Shown: positions 45,904 to 56,207 of the stretch, piece by piece
How the letters are laid out: each line of letters starts with the position of its first letter
Position numbering within the stretch: position 1 is the stretch's first letter
From: a virus
Direction: 5' to 3' (one strand)
Virus record (IMG/VR): IMGVR_UViG_3300025141_011586
Span: 1-64,000 of that record
DNA: 64,000 nt
Made by a program: the position numbers and the translations under genes
The notes under the pieces: model-generated
The model's database searches: none
Seen by the model: only the letters and a program-made list of their open reading frames with translations
Told to the model about the DNA's origin: nothing

Positions 45904-47088
45904 ATGAGTGAAAAATTAAAAATCTTAGTTATCCCCGCTAACGAAGGGGGTTGTGCTTACTACAGAGCTATTATGCCCTTTATGAAACTACAGGAAGTCT
46001 GTCCTGATAGAGTTGAAGTAAGGCTGGACAAGAATCCCTTAGGCCTTGATGAAAAGACGGGCCAGTGGAAGGACAATTGGGCGTTTGAGAATATGAAATG
46101 GGCTCATATTATTGTCGTAAGTAACATCAGCAATTTCGGGGGGAATTACACAGCCAGAGTAATAGGTAAGGGGAAGGAGTTTAAGAAGTTTGTTCACTTT
46201 GATACTGATGATTTACTCACAGAGCTTTACGATGAACACCGCTTGAAGAAACTTTACGAAGAGAAGGGGTTGTCACAATTAACAAAGCATTTATACTACT
46301 CCTCAGATCTTGTAACGGTAACACAATCAAAGTTTGCTGAACGGGTTGAACCTTTTGTTGCCAAGTGTCTTGCTGTGGTCAAGAACTGCATTGATTATGA
46401 TTTACCCTGCTGGAATTTGCCAAAAAAGGTAGGGCATAGGCCAATAAGAATTGGCTGGGCGGGAGGCATTCATCACGATCCTGATGTAAAAGAGTTTGCT
46501 TCGGTCCCACACTTGGTCAACCAGAAAGTGGGACAGGAGAATGTATGGTGGGATTTCTATGGTCATCCCCCTAAAGGAGATAAAGACGATCCTGATGATT
46601 GGCAGGTAGATGTTTGGAAAGGGTATAAGAAAACTCTTTTAGGTGGTTTCAAGGGACATAAAAATTGGACAATCCATCACGCCATGGCTCCAGACTCTTA
46701 CGGTGGGATGTATGCTAACATGGACATAGCAATAGCTCCTCTCCAGATGAATAATTTTAACGATTCGAAGTCGGATATAAAAGTGGCAGAATGTGGTAGG
46801 TATAAGGTGCCTCTAGTGGCCTCTAATGTTGGCTGCTATAATGAGACGATTGAGAACTGGAAAACAGGATACCTTATCCCGCCTGGAGCGTCGAAAATAA
46901 AGTGGGTCAAGGTCTTGACAAGATTGATCAAAGAGCATGGGTTGAGAAAGCAGATGGGTGAAAACCTCCATGCTATCACGGAGCAGGATTTTAGTGCTAG
47001 AAATGTTGTAGCAAGCAGAATAAATTTGTATGAGGAATGTTTTAAGTTAACGTTTGATCCTAGGGAGAGAGAAGATGTCGCAGATTAA
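45904..47088 (+). CDS. Glycosyltransferase (GT-B, GT4-like)
   Basis: GCAYYR...P, DTDD, IGWAGG..H..D, DIAIAPL...FN..KS.IK..E, PLVAS. Confidence 0.88.
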   Translation: MSEKLKILVIPANEGGCAYYRAIMPFMKLQEVCPDRVEVRLDKNPLGLDEKTGQWKDNWAFENMKWAHIIVVSNISNFGGNYTARVIGKGKEFKKFVHFDTDDLLTELYDEHRLKKLYEEKGLSQLTKHLYYSSDLVTVTQSKFAERVEPFVAKCLAVVKNCIDYDLPCWNLPKKVGHRPIRIGWAGGIHHDPDVKEFASVPHLVNQKVGQENVWWDFYGHPPKGDKDDPDDWQVDVWKGYKKTLLGGFKGHKNWTIHHAMAPDSYGGMYANMDIAIAPLQMNNFNDSKSDIKVAECGRYKVPLVASNVGCYNETIENWKTGYLIPPGASKIKWVKVLTRLIKEHGLRKQMGENLHAITEQDFSARNVVASRINLYEECFKLTFDPREREDVAD

Positions 47089-47863
47089 GATAGTTAGTGG
47101 GTTTACCCACGGAGGAGGATCAACTCATGCGTATATGAATCTTTGCGACTTGTTCAACGAGAATGGATACGACTGTACGTTCTACGGGCGACACCCTTGG
47201 CATCTAGATAAATGTTCTAAAGGGGCACTGATTCAGAATCTCGAACCTGAGATGGATGATACATTTTTGGTTCATTACTTCAGGATTGATGATATCATCC
47301 CGATGTGTAAGAAGATGGTTCTCAGTGTTCATGAGAAGAACATGTTTCCGATAAAGGATGTGGAGTATTCCCACTATAATTTTATTCATTACATAAATGA
47401 TGACCAACGGAAGTGGCAAGCAATCGATCACCCATACCATATTATACCTAACGTCTATGACGATCTGAAAGAGGAAGAGAAGACAGGTAGTGCTGCTGGT
47501 ATTATCGGAACCATAGATCGCAACAAGAACACACATGTCTCCATCAGAAGAGCTTTGGATAAGGGATACGATTCTGTCCTATTATATGGAGAGGTTACTG
47601 ACAAAGATTACTACGAGGATAAGGTGAAGCCCTTACTAAATGATAAGGTAGTCCAGATGGGGCACTGTGGCGATAAGCAAGAGATGTACAACAGTGTGGA
47701 GTCCGTGTTTCTCTCCTCCGATAGCGAGGTTGCTCCGCTAGTAAAGGGGGAGTGTAACTTGACTGGGACAAATTTTTACGGCAACAAGAATACCGAGGGG
47801 TCCGCCTTCCCAGTAGACAGAAAAGAGATCTTGGACATGTGGGTTAAAGCTTTGGAATTATGA
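47075..47863 (+). CDS. Glycosyltransferase (GT-B-like)
   Basis: GG N-terminal loop, IIPN, IGTIDRNKN, SSDSEVAPLVKGE. Confidence 0.72.
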   Translation: MSQIKIVSGFTHGGGSTHAYMNLCDLFNENGYDCTFYGRHPWHLDKCSKGALIQNLEPEMDDTFLVHYFRIDDIIPMCKKMVLSVHEKNMFPIKDVEYSHYNFIHYINDDQRKWQAIDHPYHIIPNVYDDLKEEEKTGSAAGIIGTIDRNKNTHVSIRRALDKGYDSVLLYGEVTDKDYYEDKVKPLLNDKVVQMGHCGDKQEMYNSVESVFLSSDSEVAPLVKGECNLTGTNFYGNKNTEGSAFPVDRKEILDMWVKALEL

Positions 47864-48585
47864 TTAGGATCCTCACCACCCTTTTCAATGCCGAGGAGTA
47901 TATCGCTAACTGCCTCGATAGTATCATTAGCCAGGAAGAGAAGGATTGGGTGTGCTACGTTACTGATGATATGTCTACAGATTCCTCCGCTGAGACTGTG
48001 AAAGAATTTTGTGAAAAGGACTCTAGGATTAAGCTAATCAGGAATAGAGAAAAGAAGTATCAGCTAGGAAACTACGCTCAGGTGATGGAGCTAGACGAAA
48101 TAGATGACGAAGACATTGTTATAACTGTGGATGGGGATGACTGCCTCCCTGACCCGAAGGTCTTCACTAGGGTTAAGGAAGCCTACTCTGATGGGAACAC
48201 TTGGGTAACCTACGGGCAGTTCGTTCAGTGGCATGGTGAAAAGAATTTGTCTATGGGATTCTCCTCGCCTCCTGAGGACTTCTCTAAGCTCCGTGAAGCG
48301 AGGCAAACGATCTCACACCTTAGGACGTTTCGCGCTTTTTTGTGGCGCAGGATCAAACCTGAGGACTTCCTGGACGATAATGGAGAGACTATACAATGCG
48401 CTGGAGACATAGCGTTCATGTTCCCAATGCTTGAGATGGCAGGAGAGAAAAGATCAAAATTTCTTTCCGACATAAACTATGTCTATAATCTAGATACCGA
48501 TCTTAACGTTCACAAAAAAGAGTTAGGTAAGCAGTTGGATATGGCAGTGTTAATAAGGAGTAAGGAGCCTTACCGAGAATTATGA
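47860..48585 (+). CDS. Glycosyltransferase family 2
   Basis: FNAEEYI..CLDSI, DDMSTD, VDGDD. Confidence 0.9.
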   Translation: MIRILTTLFNAEEYIANCLDSIISQEEKDWVCYVTDDMSTDSSAETVKEFCEKDSRIKLIRNREKKYQLGNYAQVMELDEIDDEDIVITVDGDDCLPDPKVFTRVKEAYSDGNTWVTYGQFVQWHGEKNLSMGFSSPPEDFSKLREARQTISHLRTFRAFLWRRIKPEDFLDDNGETIQCAGDIAFMFPMLEMAGEKRSKFLSDINYVYNLDTDLNVHKKELGKQLDMAVLIRSKEPYREL

Positions 48586-49565
48586 CGCAATTTCACATTA
48601 ATTACTTGTACCCCCCACTCATAGGACCAGAGATATTTGCTCATAGATTGAGGGGAGCCTTAGAGGGTAGAGGGTGGAAATTCAGAGATTACTTCCCAGG
48701 AGGGAATGGTTTTGATGAGGAGTTTATTAATCTTGCTATTATTGAGGGGCCTTATGTCCGTGGAGCGAAAAACATCCTTAGGTTGGATGGGTTGTATTTT
48801 GATTCTGAAAATCAACTAACGGATAAACTGAACTCTCCTATTTTTAGTTGCTACGACAACTTTGATGCGGTGATCTTCCAGTCCGAATTCTCCAAGAAAA
48901 TGTATGAAGCTTTCCGAGGTGAGCGGACCCCTAATTTTATAATACCTAATGGGGTGCCAGAGTATTTTTCCCCACACACAAGAGAAAATCCTTACATGCA
49001 TTATCTTAAATCTAAGTACTCTAAGGTATGCATAGCTTCTGCAACTTGGAGGAGGCATAAGAGGTTGGAGGAGGTGATTGAAGCTTTTAGGGACAAATCC
49101 CTAGAGAACGTAGCCTTGGTAGTTCTCGGCGGCGAAGACTATAAACTTTCTGTGAAATCTCTCCCCCCTAATGTCATTATGCATGAGAATGTTAAGCCTC
49201 AGTCCCTGCCCCCCATGTACGTTGCAGCGGACGCTATGATTCATCTAGCGTGGTTAGACTGGTGCCCTAATACTGTGGTTGAAGCACTAGCCTGCGGAGT
49301 CCCAGTCCTATGCTCTCATAATGGTGGCACGAAAGAATTAGTCAAGGATAATGGGGTAGTAATTCAATTAGAGGAAACTTATAAGATAGGTGAGAGAGTA
49401 CCTCTGTATAACCCCCCGAAAGTTGACACTAAACAAATCGTTGCTGGCATTCTAGAAGTCTTGGAGCATAAAACAGGGTTTGAGAGGCCAGACCTAAGTA
49501 TAGAGTCTGTAGCAGACAATTATATTTCTGCCACGCAGTCTATCGACAAAAGTGAAGGGGTGTAA
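48582..49565 (+). CDS. Glycosyltransferase family 4
   Basis: IPNG, HKRL, DWCPNTVVEALACGVPV. Confidence 0.9.
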   Translation: MTQFHINYLYPPLIGPEIFAHRLRGALEGRGWKFRDYFPGGNGFDEEFINLAIIEGPYVRGAKNILRLDGLYFDSENQLTDKLNSPIFSCYDNFDAVIFQSEFSKKMYEAFRGERTPNFIIPNGVPEYFSPHTRENPYMHYLKSKYSKVCIASATWRRHKRLEEVIEAFRDKSLENVALVVLGGEDYKLSVKSLPPNVIMHENVKPQSLPPMYVAADAMIHLAWLDWCPNTVVEALACGVPVLCSHNGGTKELVKDNGVVIQLEETYKIGERVPLYNPPKVDTKQIVAGILEVLEHKTGFERPDLSIESVADNYISATQSIDKSEGV

Positions 49566-49566
49566 G

Positions 49567-50379
49567 ATGGGGTTAGGAGGTCATTTAACCTGGACGGCAG
49601 CAGCGAGGGAGATAAAGAAAAAAACAGGCTTGGTATCTGTGCCAGTGAACGGTAACAATATTGTTACTGATGATATATTCAAGAATAATCCTAACTTCTC
49701 TTTTGACACCTCTGACGGGAAAGAAAAAATAATTCTGGATCTAGGAAAACCAGAAACAAATTATTGTATTGCTGATCTCCCTGACAGAGCTATTCAAAAA
49801 ACAGATAAGCACATAATAGAGACTATATGTGAGCATTACGACATACTCGACCCAGAGCTGAAATGCGATTTATTTTTTACGGAGGAGGAGCTTGAAAAAG
49901 CGAGAGGCTTAATAAAAGATTTGCCTCTTAGATTTTTGGTCATAGAGCCTCATTCAAAAACCAGTTATTCAATTAATAGACAATACCCTTTGGATAAATG
50001 GCAGAAGGTGGTAAACGAGTTGTCTGAGAAATTTCCTATTGTTCAAGTAGGGGTTTCTGGAAAACGTGTCCTGGATTCGGTTGTGGACCTGACAGGCCAG
50101 ACAACTTTTAGGGAAGCTGCTGCTATAATAAGATTGAGTTCGCTTTTATTAAGTAATGAGGGAGGATTGGGACATGCTGCTACCGCTACAGAAACCAAAG
50201 CCCTTATCGTTCTTGGAGGCTACACAGGAGCTAAGATGGTTTGTTACCCTCAGAATATTAATATAGATGTTGCGACACACGGACCTTGTGGAATGAAGTC
50301 GCATTGTTCGCTGTGTCAAGAAGATTATGAAAATCACAATTATGGTGAGATAGTAGAAAGGGCACTTGAAGTTTTATGA
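49567..50379 (+). CDS. Glycosyltransferase family 9 (heptosyltransferase-like)
   Basis: GLGG, VDLTGQTTFREAAAII, NEGGLGHAATA. Confidence 0.85.
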   Translation: MGLGGHLTWTAAAREIKKKTGLVSVPVNGNNIVTDDIFKNNPNFSFDTSDGKEKIILDLGKPETNYCIADLPDRAIQKTDKHIIETICEHYDILDPELKCDLFFTEEELEKARGLIKDLPLRFLVIEPHSKTSYSINRQYPLDKWQKVVNELSEKFPIVQVGVSGKRVLDSVVDLTGQTTFREAAAIIRLSSLLLSNEGGLGHAATATETKALIVLGGYTGAKMVCYPQNINIDVATHGPCGMKSHCSLCQEDYENHNYGEIVERALEVL

Positions 50380-51071
50380 AAGAGATTCATATAAAGAATA
50401 AGCTAAAGAAAATCGGTATGCCTGTGGATAGCTTATCCTTAGGAGACTTTGATTCTATAGGGCATTTTACAGCGTATAAGGATAGAGCTGAGGGAAGTGA
50501 ATTATATAAAAAGGTAGGTCGATTTTTCAGGCCCAATTATGAACGAGGCCTTTTGATTTACTCCCTCATAAAAAAGCATAATTTAAAATCTTATCTGGAG
50601 GTAGGGTTCGGGAGAGGATACTCTGCTTTGTGTGCCGCAAAGGCGTTAGAGGAGAACGGCGGAGGCAAAATAACTACTATAGACCCAGCGATCCACCCAC
50701 AACAGTGGGAGATGATTCAGCAAGTTTTCCCTAAGCCTTGGGTGGATATGATTACTATAGCCCAGGTGAAATCTCAAGACTATCTTGCTATGCACAAGGA
50801 TAAGTATGATTTTATTTACATTGATGGGGACCATACCTATGACGCTGTGAAGGAAGATTGGGAAAACTGTAAAGATAGATACAATAACTTTCTTTTGTTC
50901 GATGATTATCATAAAACTCAGGAGAAGGAAGAAATTCAATGCTCGAAGCTGATTGATGAAATTGAAGATGATTCTAAGGAACTTATAATTATGGATCGTC
51001 GCATATTTTTTGATGACCGTAGGGTCCCTGATAAGCAAATTGATTATGGACAGGTATTGTTAACAAAATGA
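50376..51071 (+). CDS. Class I SAM-dependent methyltransferase
   Basis: LEVGFGRGYS, ID, DFIYIDGDHTY, FDDY. Confidence 0.88.
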   Translation: MKEIHIKNKLKKIGMPVDSLSLGDFDSIGHFTAYKDRAEGSELYKKVGRFFRPNYERGLLIYSLIKKHNLKSYLEVGFGRGYSALCAAKALEENGGGKITTIDPAIHPQQWEMIQQVFPKPWVDMITIAQVKSQDYLAMHKDKYDFIYIDGDHTYDAVKEDWENCKDRYNNFLLFDDYHKTQEKEEIQCSKLIDEIEDDSKELIIMDRRIFFDDRRVPDKQIDYGQVLLTK

Positions 51072-51994
51072 AAATCCTATTTAGCAGAATGCCAATAGAA
51101 CGTGAAACCCCTTGGGGAGGAGGGAACGTTCATCTCTACCATTTGAATGATTATTTAAAAGAGAAAGGACATGAGGTAGTTCATTATCAGCATGTATTTG
51201 ATTCCGAGTCAGGGAAGTTGGAAACGGATTTATGTTACATAACTGATCCGAGGCAGGCTGATCACATTTATGATATAGCAGAAAAATATGGTACTCCTAT
51301 CATTCAGAGAGTAGGGGACTTAGGTACTCACGGGAAACCTGAGATATTAGATATCTTGAAGAGGCGAGAAAATCAGATAGATCTCTTCATCTTCCCCAGT
51401 GCCTGGGCTAGAGATTACGCTTTGCAGGCAGGACTTGTCCCATCCGATTCCAGAATTATTCCAAACGCAGTAGACCCTATTTTTGGAGATAAGCCATTGA
51501 AAGTGGTAACTCATCACTGGTCTGATAATCCTATGAAGGGGGCGGAAATATACTCTCAATTGATTAATGATTGTGATGATCTCAATGTGGAATTTACTTA
51601 CATAGGGAGGCCATGTTTCGAACTTCCTGGAATAAAATCGAAAAATTTTAAATTCATCCCTCCCCAAACGAAAGGGGCTTTGAATACGGAACTGAGAAGG
51701 CATGATTTTTATCTCACAGCTTCCCTGCAAGAGGCTGGGGCTAATCACGTTCTTGAAGCTGTGGCCTGTGGACTCCCCGTTTACTACCATTCCGATGGTG
51801 GGTCTATACCAGAGTACTGTTCTGGGAGAGGCATTCCTTACTATTCTTATAATGAGCTTAAGAATTTTTTAAAGCCTAGATCCACAGTAGACGATATGTG
51901 CAGAGCCTACTATGACGTATTTAATAAGGTAGCACTGTTTAAAGATTTTAGCGATGATCTAGACTCGACTGGGATCAAAAGCTCCATGCTCTAG
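51068..51994 (+). CDS. Glycosyltransferase family 4-like
   Basis: PWGGG, IPNAVD, KG, EAGANHVLEAVACGLP. Confidence 0.87.
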   Translation: MKILFSRMPIERETPWGGGNVHLYHLNDYLKEKGHEVVHYQHVFDSESGKLETDLCYITDPRQADHIYDIAEKYGTPIIQRVGDLGTHGKPEILDILKRRENQIDLFIFPSAWARDYALQAGLVPSDSRIIPNAVDPIFGDKPLKVVTHHWSDNPMKGAEIYSQLINDCDDLNVEFTYIGRPCFELPGIKSKNFKFIPPQTKGALNTELRRHDFYLTASLQEAGANHVLEAVACGLPVYYHSDGGSIPEYCSGRGIPYYSYNELKNFLKPRSTVDDMCRAYYDVFNKVALFKDFSDDLDSTGIKSSML

Positions 51995-51998
51995 ATAA

Positions 51999-52676
51999 AT
52001 GCGTATTCAAATAGGTATTGATGATCTTAGTCCTCGCCCCACTCAGAGCTTAGAGCTATGGGAGAATGTACAGACGTTGTTGGACCGAGGATTGAAGGTA
52101 GATCTCTTTGTTACCTTTGCTATGAAAAGGGACTGGGATGGACCTTATCTGCTAACTGATTATCCCGAATTCGTAGAGTCCCTGAGATCTATATCTGAAT
52201 TATCTGGGGTCGCACTCAATGTGCACGGATATAAGCACAGTTGGGGCTCAAATAATAATGACGAGTTTTTATATGCTCCTAAAGATGTTTTGGCAGAGAG
52301 GCTGGATAACATTGATAGGATAATAAAAGAGACTGACCTACCATTTACGAAAGTATTCCGTCCACCAGCCTGGAAAATATCTAGGGATGGAGTTGATCTT
52401 TTAATACAACATGGCTACACTCATTTATCTTTGATTAGAGGGCGTACAGGAAATTCTTATTATTCTAAAATATATGATGTTTTAGACTTATCCAAACTTA
52501 AAGTTCATCACTGCGATAGTGCTCCTCCACATTACCCTTTAGGAGAAGGAGACATAGCCGCGACTTACCACTTCTCAACTTTCCTAGATAACGCAATATC
52601 CAAAGAGAATTGTGATCAACTATTATCTCATATAGGAGATAAAGAAATATCTCCTTACTGGATAAAGGAGACTTAG
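51999..52676 (+). CDS. Polysaccharide deacetylase-like protein (NodB/CE4 fold)
   Basis: IDD, HGYKH, FRPPAW, YH motifs. Confidence 0.8.
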   Translation: MRIQIGIDDLSPRPTQSLELWENVQTLLDRGLKVDLFVTFAMKRDWDGPYLLTDYPEFVESLRSISELSGVALNVHGYKHSWGSNNNDEFLYAPKDVLAERLDNIDRIIKETDLPFTKVFRPPAWKISRDGVDLLIQHGYTHLSLIRGRTGNSYYSKIYDVLDLSKLKVHHCDSAPPHYPLGEGDIAATYHFSTFLDNAISKENCDQLLSHIGDKEISPYWIKET

Positions 52677-52677
52677 C

Positions 52678-53331
52678 ATGGGAAAAAGCGATGGGTTAAT
52701 TGTTCCAACCTATAAAGCGTTACTGAAGCCAGTACCAGTAGTAACATGGGACATAAAGAATGAGGGATTTAGACAAGAGAGAGTGCCTGGGACTACAGCC
52801 TTGTTAGGTTTTTCTGAGTGTTCCTGGGTCGGGGGAGATTGCTACGATTTGTCACTCAAGAATTGGAATATAAACAGCGAGTGGGAACTGGATAAGAAAT
52901 ATGATCGAATAATTTCTACAAGGTGTCCGTATTTCTGTAAAGACCCAGAAGACTTTGTTGACAGGGTTTATGCTAATCTCAAGCCAGGGGGAACCTTTTT
53001 ACTGGATTGGGGGTTAGGAGATCACTGGAGGTTTGACGATTATAAGGTAGGCTGGGTGAAGAATGGTGAGCATGAATTTGCGTATGAGAACGACAATCAC
53101 TTGTGGTCTACGGTCTGGGACGATTCCTTTCTGGAGGATTCCAATTTTATAACTTTTCAGAACAATGTTAAGAAGTTTGGGTATACTGATGTTAAAAAGG
53201 CAATTCAGGAGGAGGTCCCCAAAATACTGCCGTTAAAGTATTTTGAGAGGTACTTTACTTTTCAGACACAACTTAGGGCTCTGTGGGATGGTCGCCCTCA
53301 ACTCTATATTATGGTTTTCGGGGTAAAGTGA
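52678..53331 (+). CDS. Hypothetical protein with degenerate methyltransferase-like fold
   Basis: YDRII...LKPGGTFLLD post-motif; canonical motif I not evident. Confidence 0.5.
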   Translation: MGKSDGLIVPTYKALLKPVPVVTWDIKNEGFRQERVPGTTALLGFSECSWVGGDCYDLSLKNWNINSEWELDKKYDRIISTRCPYFCKDPEDFVDRVYANLKPGGTFLLDWGLGDHWRFDDYKVGWVKNGEHEFAYENDNHLWSTVWDDSFLEDSNFITFQNNVKKFGYTDVKKAIQEEVPKILPLKYFERYFTFQTQLRALWDGRPQLYIMVFGVK

Positions 53332-54195
53332 ATGAAGATTGTATTCCCAGTGCCTGAGTGTACATTCTTGAGATATTTTGTACCTTTAGCTGCTGAGGCT
53401 AAGAAGAGAGGGCATGAGGTTGTGTTCAGATTTTCCTCATCGGGCAAGTATAACTGCCCTCGCCTATCCCATAATTATAAGCAGTGTAAAGAGATCATAG
53501 AGAAGTATGGTTTTGTGGAGGACGATAATGTAATAGGAGATATCTGTTTTGTCATAGAAGGCATCGGGAGGAATCTTGCTTGCGTCAGATACTCTCTTAC
53601 CTATATGACTGATTTCATGTTCTTAATGGATGACTACGAACTTGACGTAGATCATATAGTCATGCCGTCCGAATATTTCGCAAAGAAGTTTAACAAGGTG
53701 AGTCCCAAAAATTTGTATCTAGGGAGCCCAAAGTATGATGTTGAGCTTAATTCACAGGACATCTTTGAAAAGTATTCGTTGGATAAAGACAAAAGATATG
53801 CGCTGATTATCTACCCTAGATCCCGAGATTTGGGGAAATTTGATATAGAGAAAATATGTAAAGAGTTACAGGAAGATAACTTCGTTCCTATTATAAAGAC
53901 GAGAGGTAAGGATCCGATAAGGGCTATACCTGACGTAAGAGGGTTTTCTGATGAGTCCTGGTTCCCCCATACTACGATGGAATTAATTCATATATCTGAC
54001 AGAATAATTAACACTGGTTCTACCATGATAAAAGAAGCAGTCATGCTGGACAAGGGCGATGCTGTAGTAAACTATAATATAAAGCCTTTTACCTTGCTGG
54101 AAGAGCTTTACGAAAACGGCGCAAAGCAAAAGTATATGCCACATACCAATGCAAGTAAAAACATCATAGATCATATGGAAGAAAATTACACATGA
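53332..54195 (+). CDS. GT-B-like transferase (TagF/sialyltransferase-like)
   Basis: LGSPKYD, STMIKEA pattern; immediately upstream of neuA. Confidence 0.5.
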   Translation: MKIVFPVPECTFLRYFVPLAAEAKKRGHEVVFRFSSSGKYNCPRLSHNYKQCKEIIEKYGFVEDDNVIGDICFVIEGIGRNLACVRYSLTYMTDFMFLMDDYELDVDHIVMPSEYFAKKFNKVSPKNLYLGSPKYDVELNSQDIFEKYSLDKDKRYALIIYPRSRDLGKFDIEKICKELQEDNFVPIIKTRGKDPIRAIPDVRGFSDESWFPHTTMELIHISDRIINTGSTMIKEAVMLDKGDAVVNYNIKPFTLLEELYENGAKQKYMPHTNASKNIIDHMEENYT

Positions 54196-54761
54196 AAGTT
54201 GTAGCAATAATACCAGCAAGAGGCGGCAGTAAAAGACTGCTTCGAAAAAATATAGCACCGATATTTAATAGGCCTATGATGTTTTGGGCCTTGCAAGCCT
54301 GTTGGGGCTCTGCTTATAAAATTGAGCCCTGGGTCAGCACTGAGGATGAGGAAATTGTAAAAGTAGCAGCAGGCTATAGAGCTAAGGTTCACCATAGATC
54401 CCCTGATTTGGCTACGGACGATGTTTACAAGCAGGCTGTAATAAGGTCCGCAGCAAGGGACATCTTGGAGTCCGAAGAGGGTGAGCCTGATATTTGGGTC
54501 TCCCTCCAGCCTAACTCCCCAGAAATAAAAAGCCACCATCTAGATGAGGCAATAGACACTTTACTAGAGGCTAAGAGGGATGAGATATTTAGCGTGGATT
54601 TTAATTTGATGCAGAATGCTGCTTTCAGGGTTTTCAGGGGAGATTATGTTTTTCAAAAAGACCTGAGCACTAACTGTGGCGCATACATTTGTGACATAAA
54701 AGATGTACATACTCAGGAAGATATAGATTCTATAGAACAGAGCAGATATAGTAAGTTGTGA
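54192..54761 (+). CDS. neuA: Acylneuraminate (nonulosonate) cytidylyltransferase
   Basis: IIPARGGSKRL.RKN, VSTED, LQPNSP, DVHTQED. Confidence 0.9.
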   Translation: MKVVAIIPARGGSKRLLRKNIAPIFNRPMMFWALQACWGSAYKIEPWVSTEDEEIVKVAAGYRAKVHHRSPDLATDDVYKQAVIRSAARDILESEEGEPDIWVSLQPNSPEIKSHHLDEAIDTLLEAKRDEIFSVDFNLMQNAAFRVFRGDYVFQKDLSTNCGAYICDIKDVHTQEDIDSIEQSRYSKL

Positions 54762-55513
54762 AGAAGGTATACTTTATAGACTGCGGTGCGAATATAGGCC
54801 AAAGTAACATGAAAAATATTTATATTATAAGTGAGTTGTGCGGTCAGTGGGGCGGTTCAATGGAGAAAGCCAAAACCATGATTGACCAGTCTAAAGAGGG
54901 AGGTGCTGACGCTGTGAAGGTTCAGCTCTGGGATACCTGGAAGCTCCCTGGGGATGATCGTGGGAAATGGGAGTATCTCTCCATGAGCAAGGACCAGCTT
55001 ATAGAGTTGATGAGCTACGCTTACAAAAAAGGAATTGTTCTCTTTGCCTCACCCTTCGACGAAGAGAGGTTTGGCTGGACAATAGATGTCGATCTAGAGG
55101 TGAATAAGATTGCAAGCTCAATGTTAGAGTGGGATAAACCTTTATGTGATAAGATGGTAGAGAGTAGGGTTAAGACCTATTGCTCTTTGGGAAAGTGGAG
55201 TCGCCAAGACCCATTGCCCTACACCCAGGACAACGTTATTTACATGCACTGTCTGCCTTTCTACCCACACTCTCACAAAGTAGCCATGGAAAATATGCCG
55301 TGGAAGTTTTCTGATCCTATCACAGGGTATAGTGATCATTCTATAGGCATTGAATCAGCTAAGGAGGCGATCAAGAGAGGAGCTACGACTATCGAGAAGC
55401 ATTTCACTCTTGACCATAAGTTACAAAGCCCCACAGAGAGTGCTCATGCATGTTCTATGAATCTCGAACAGTTAAAAGAGCTTAGAGAGTTTTGTGATGA
55501 TAGAGACACCTAG
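54758..55513 (+). CDS. neuB: Nonulosonic acid synthase, NeuB-like TIM barrel without C-terminal antifreeze-like domain
   Basis: GADAVKVQ, SPFD, KIAS, HC...YP, GYSDHS, IEKHFTLD. The NeuB-like part begins at Met 54809. Confidence 0.88.
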   Translation: MKKVYFIDCGANIGQSNMKNIYIISELCGQWGGSMEKAKTMIDQSKEGGADAVKVQLWDTWKLPGDDRGKWEYLSMSKDQLIELMSYAYKKGIVLFASPFDEERFGWTIDVDLEVNKIASSMLEWDKPLCDKMVESRVKTYCSLGKWSRQDPLPYTQDNVIYMHCLPFYPHSHKVAMENMPWKFSDPITGYSDHSIGIESAKEAIKRGATTIEKHFTLDHKLQSPTESAHACSMNLEQLKELREFCDDRDT

Positions 55514-56207
55514 AAAAGTTTTAGTTTTTGCGGCTCACCAAGATGATGAGACCATTGGTTGTGGGGCTACATTAAAGAAGTGGTCTTTACAGGGGTCAAA
55601 GGTAAAAGTAGTCTTTATGACTAATGGATCTCCGAATCCTATAAAAAACCAGCCTCCGAGGGAGATAACTAAGGGGGCTCATAACCCATTCCTTCGCATG
55701 AAAGAGGCTCATCTTGCAACCAAACTTTTAGGGGTTAATGACGTAGAAACTTTTTTAGATAGTTCGACCCAGTGCCTGCGAAACGATCAGTTAATGTTAC
55801 ATAGAGTGATTAAGATCATTAGAGGGTTTCAACCAGACCTAGTTCTTACTCATTGTGATATTGATAAGCATAGAGATCATAAGAGTGCATTTAATATTGT
55901 TAAAGAAGCTTGCTGGAAAGCTCAAGAAGATCTTCATCCAGAGCTAGGCTCTCAGTGGAGAGTGAGTGATATTTGGGCTTTTGAAGTCTCTGACCTTTTA
56001 CCTGAAGTAGATTTTGTTGTGGACGTAACAGAAACTTTTAAGTTCAAGAAAGAAGCGTATCGAAAGTATATTTCTCAGCATAAATTGTTATCTAGTATGC
56101 ATGATCACATAGATGGCCTTTCCAAGGTGAGGGGATCGATGATAGGGAAGGGAAAAAGAGGGGAAGCTTTTACCAGACTATCTTGTAGTCCTATTATTAT
56201 ATCGTGA
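55494..56207 (+). CDS. PIG-L/LmbE family deacetylase
   Basis: AHQDDE, HRDH, SQ, EAF. Confidence 0.9.
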   Translation: MMIETPRKVLVFAAHQDDETIGCGATLKKWSLQGSKVKVVFMTNGSPNPIKNQPPREITKGAHNPFLRMKEAHLATKLLGVNDVETFLDSSTQCLRNDQLMLHRVIKIIRGFQPDLVLTHCDIDKHRDHKSAFNIVKEACWKAQEDLHPELGSQWRVSDIWAFEVSDLLPEVDFVVDVTETFKFKKEAYRKYISQHKLLSSMHDHIDGLSKVRGSMIGKGKRGEAFTRLSCSPIIIS

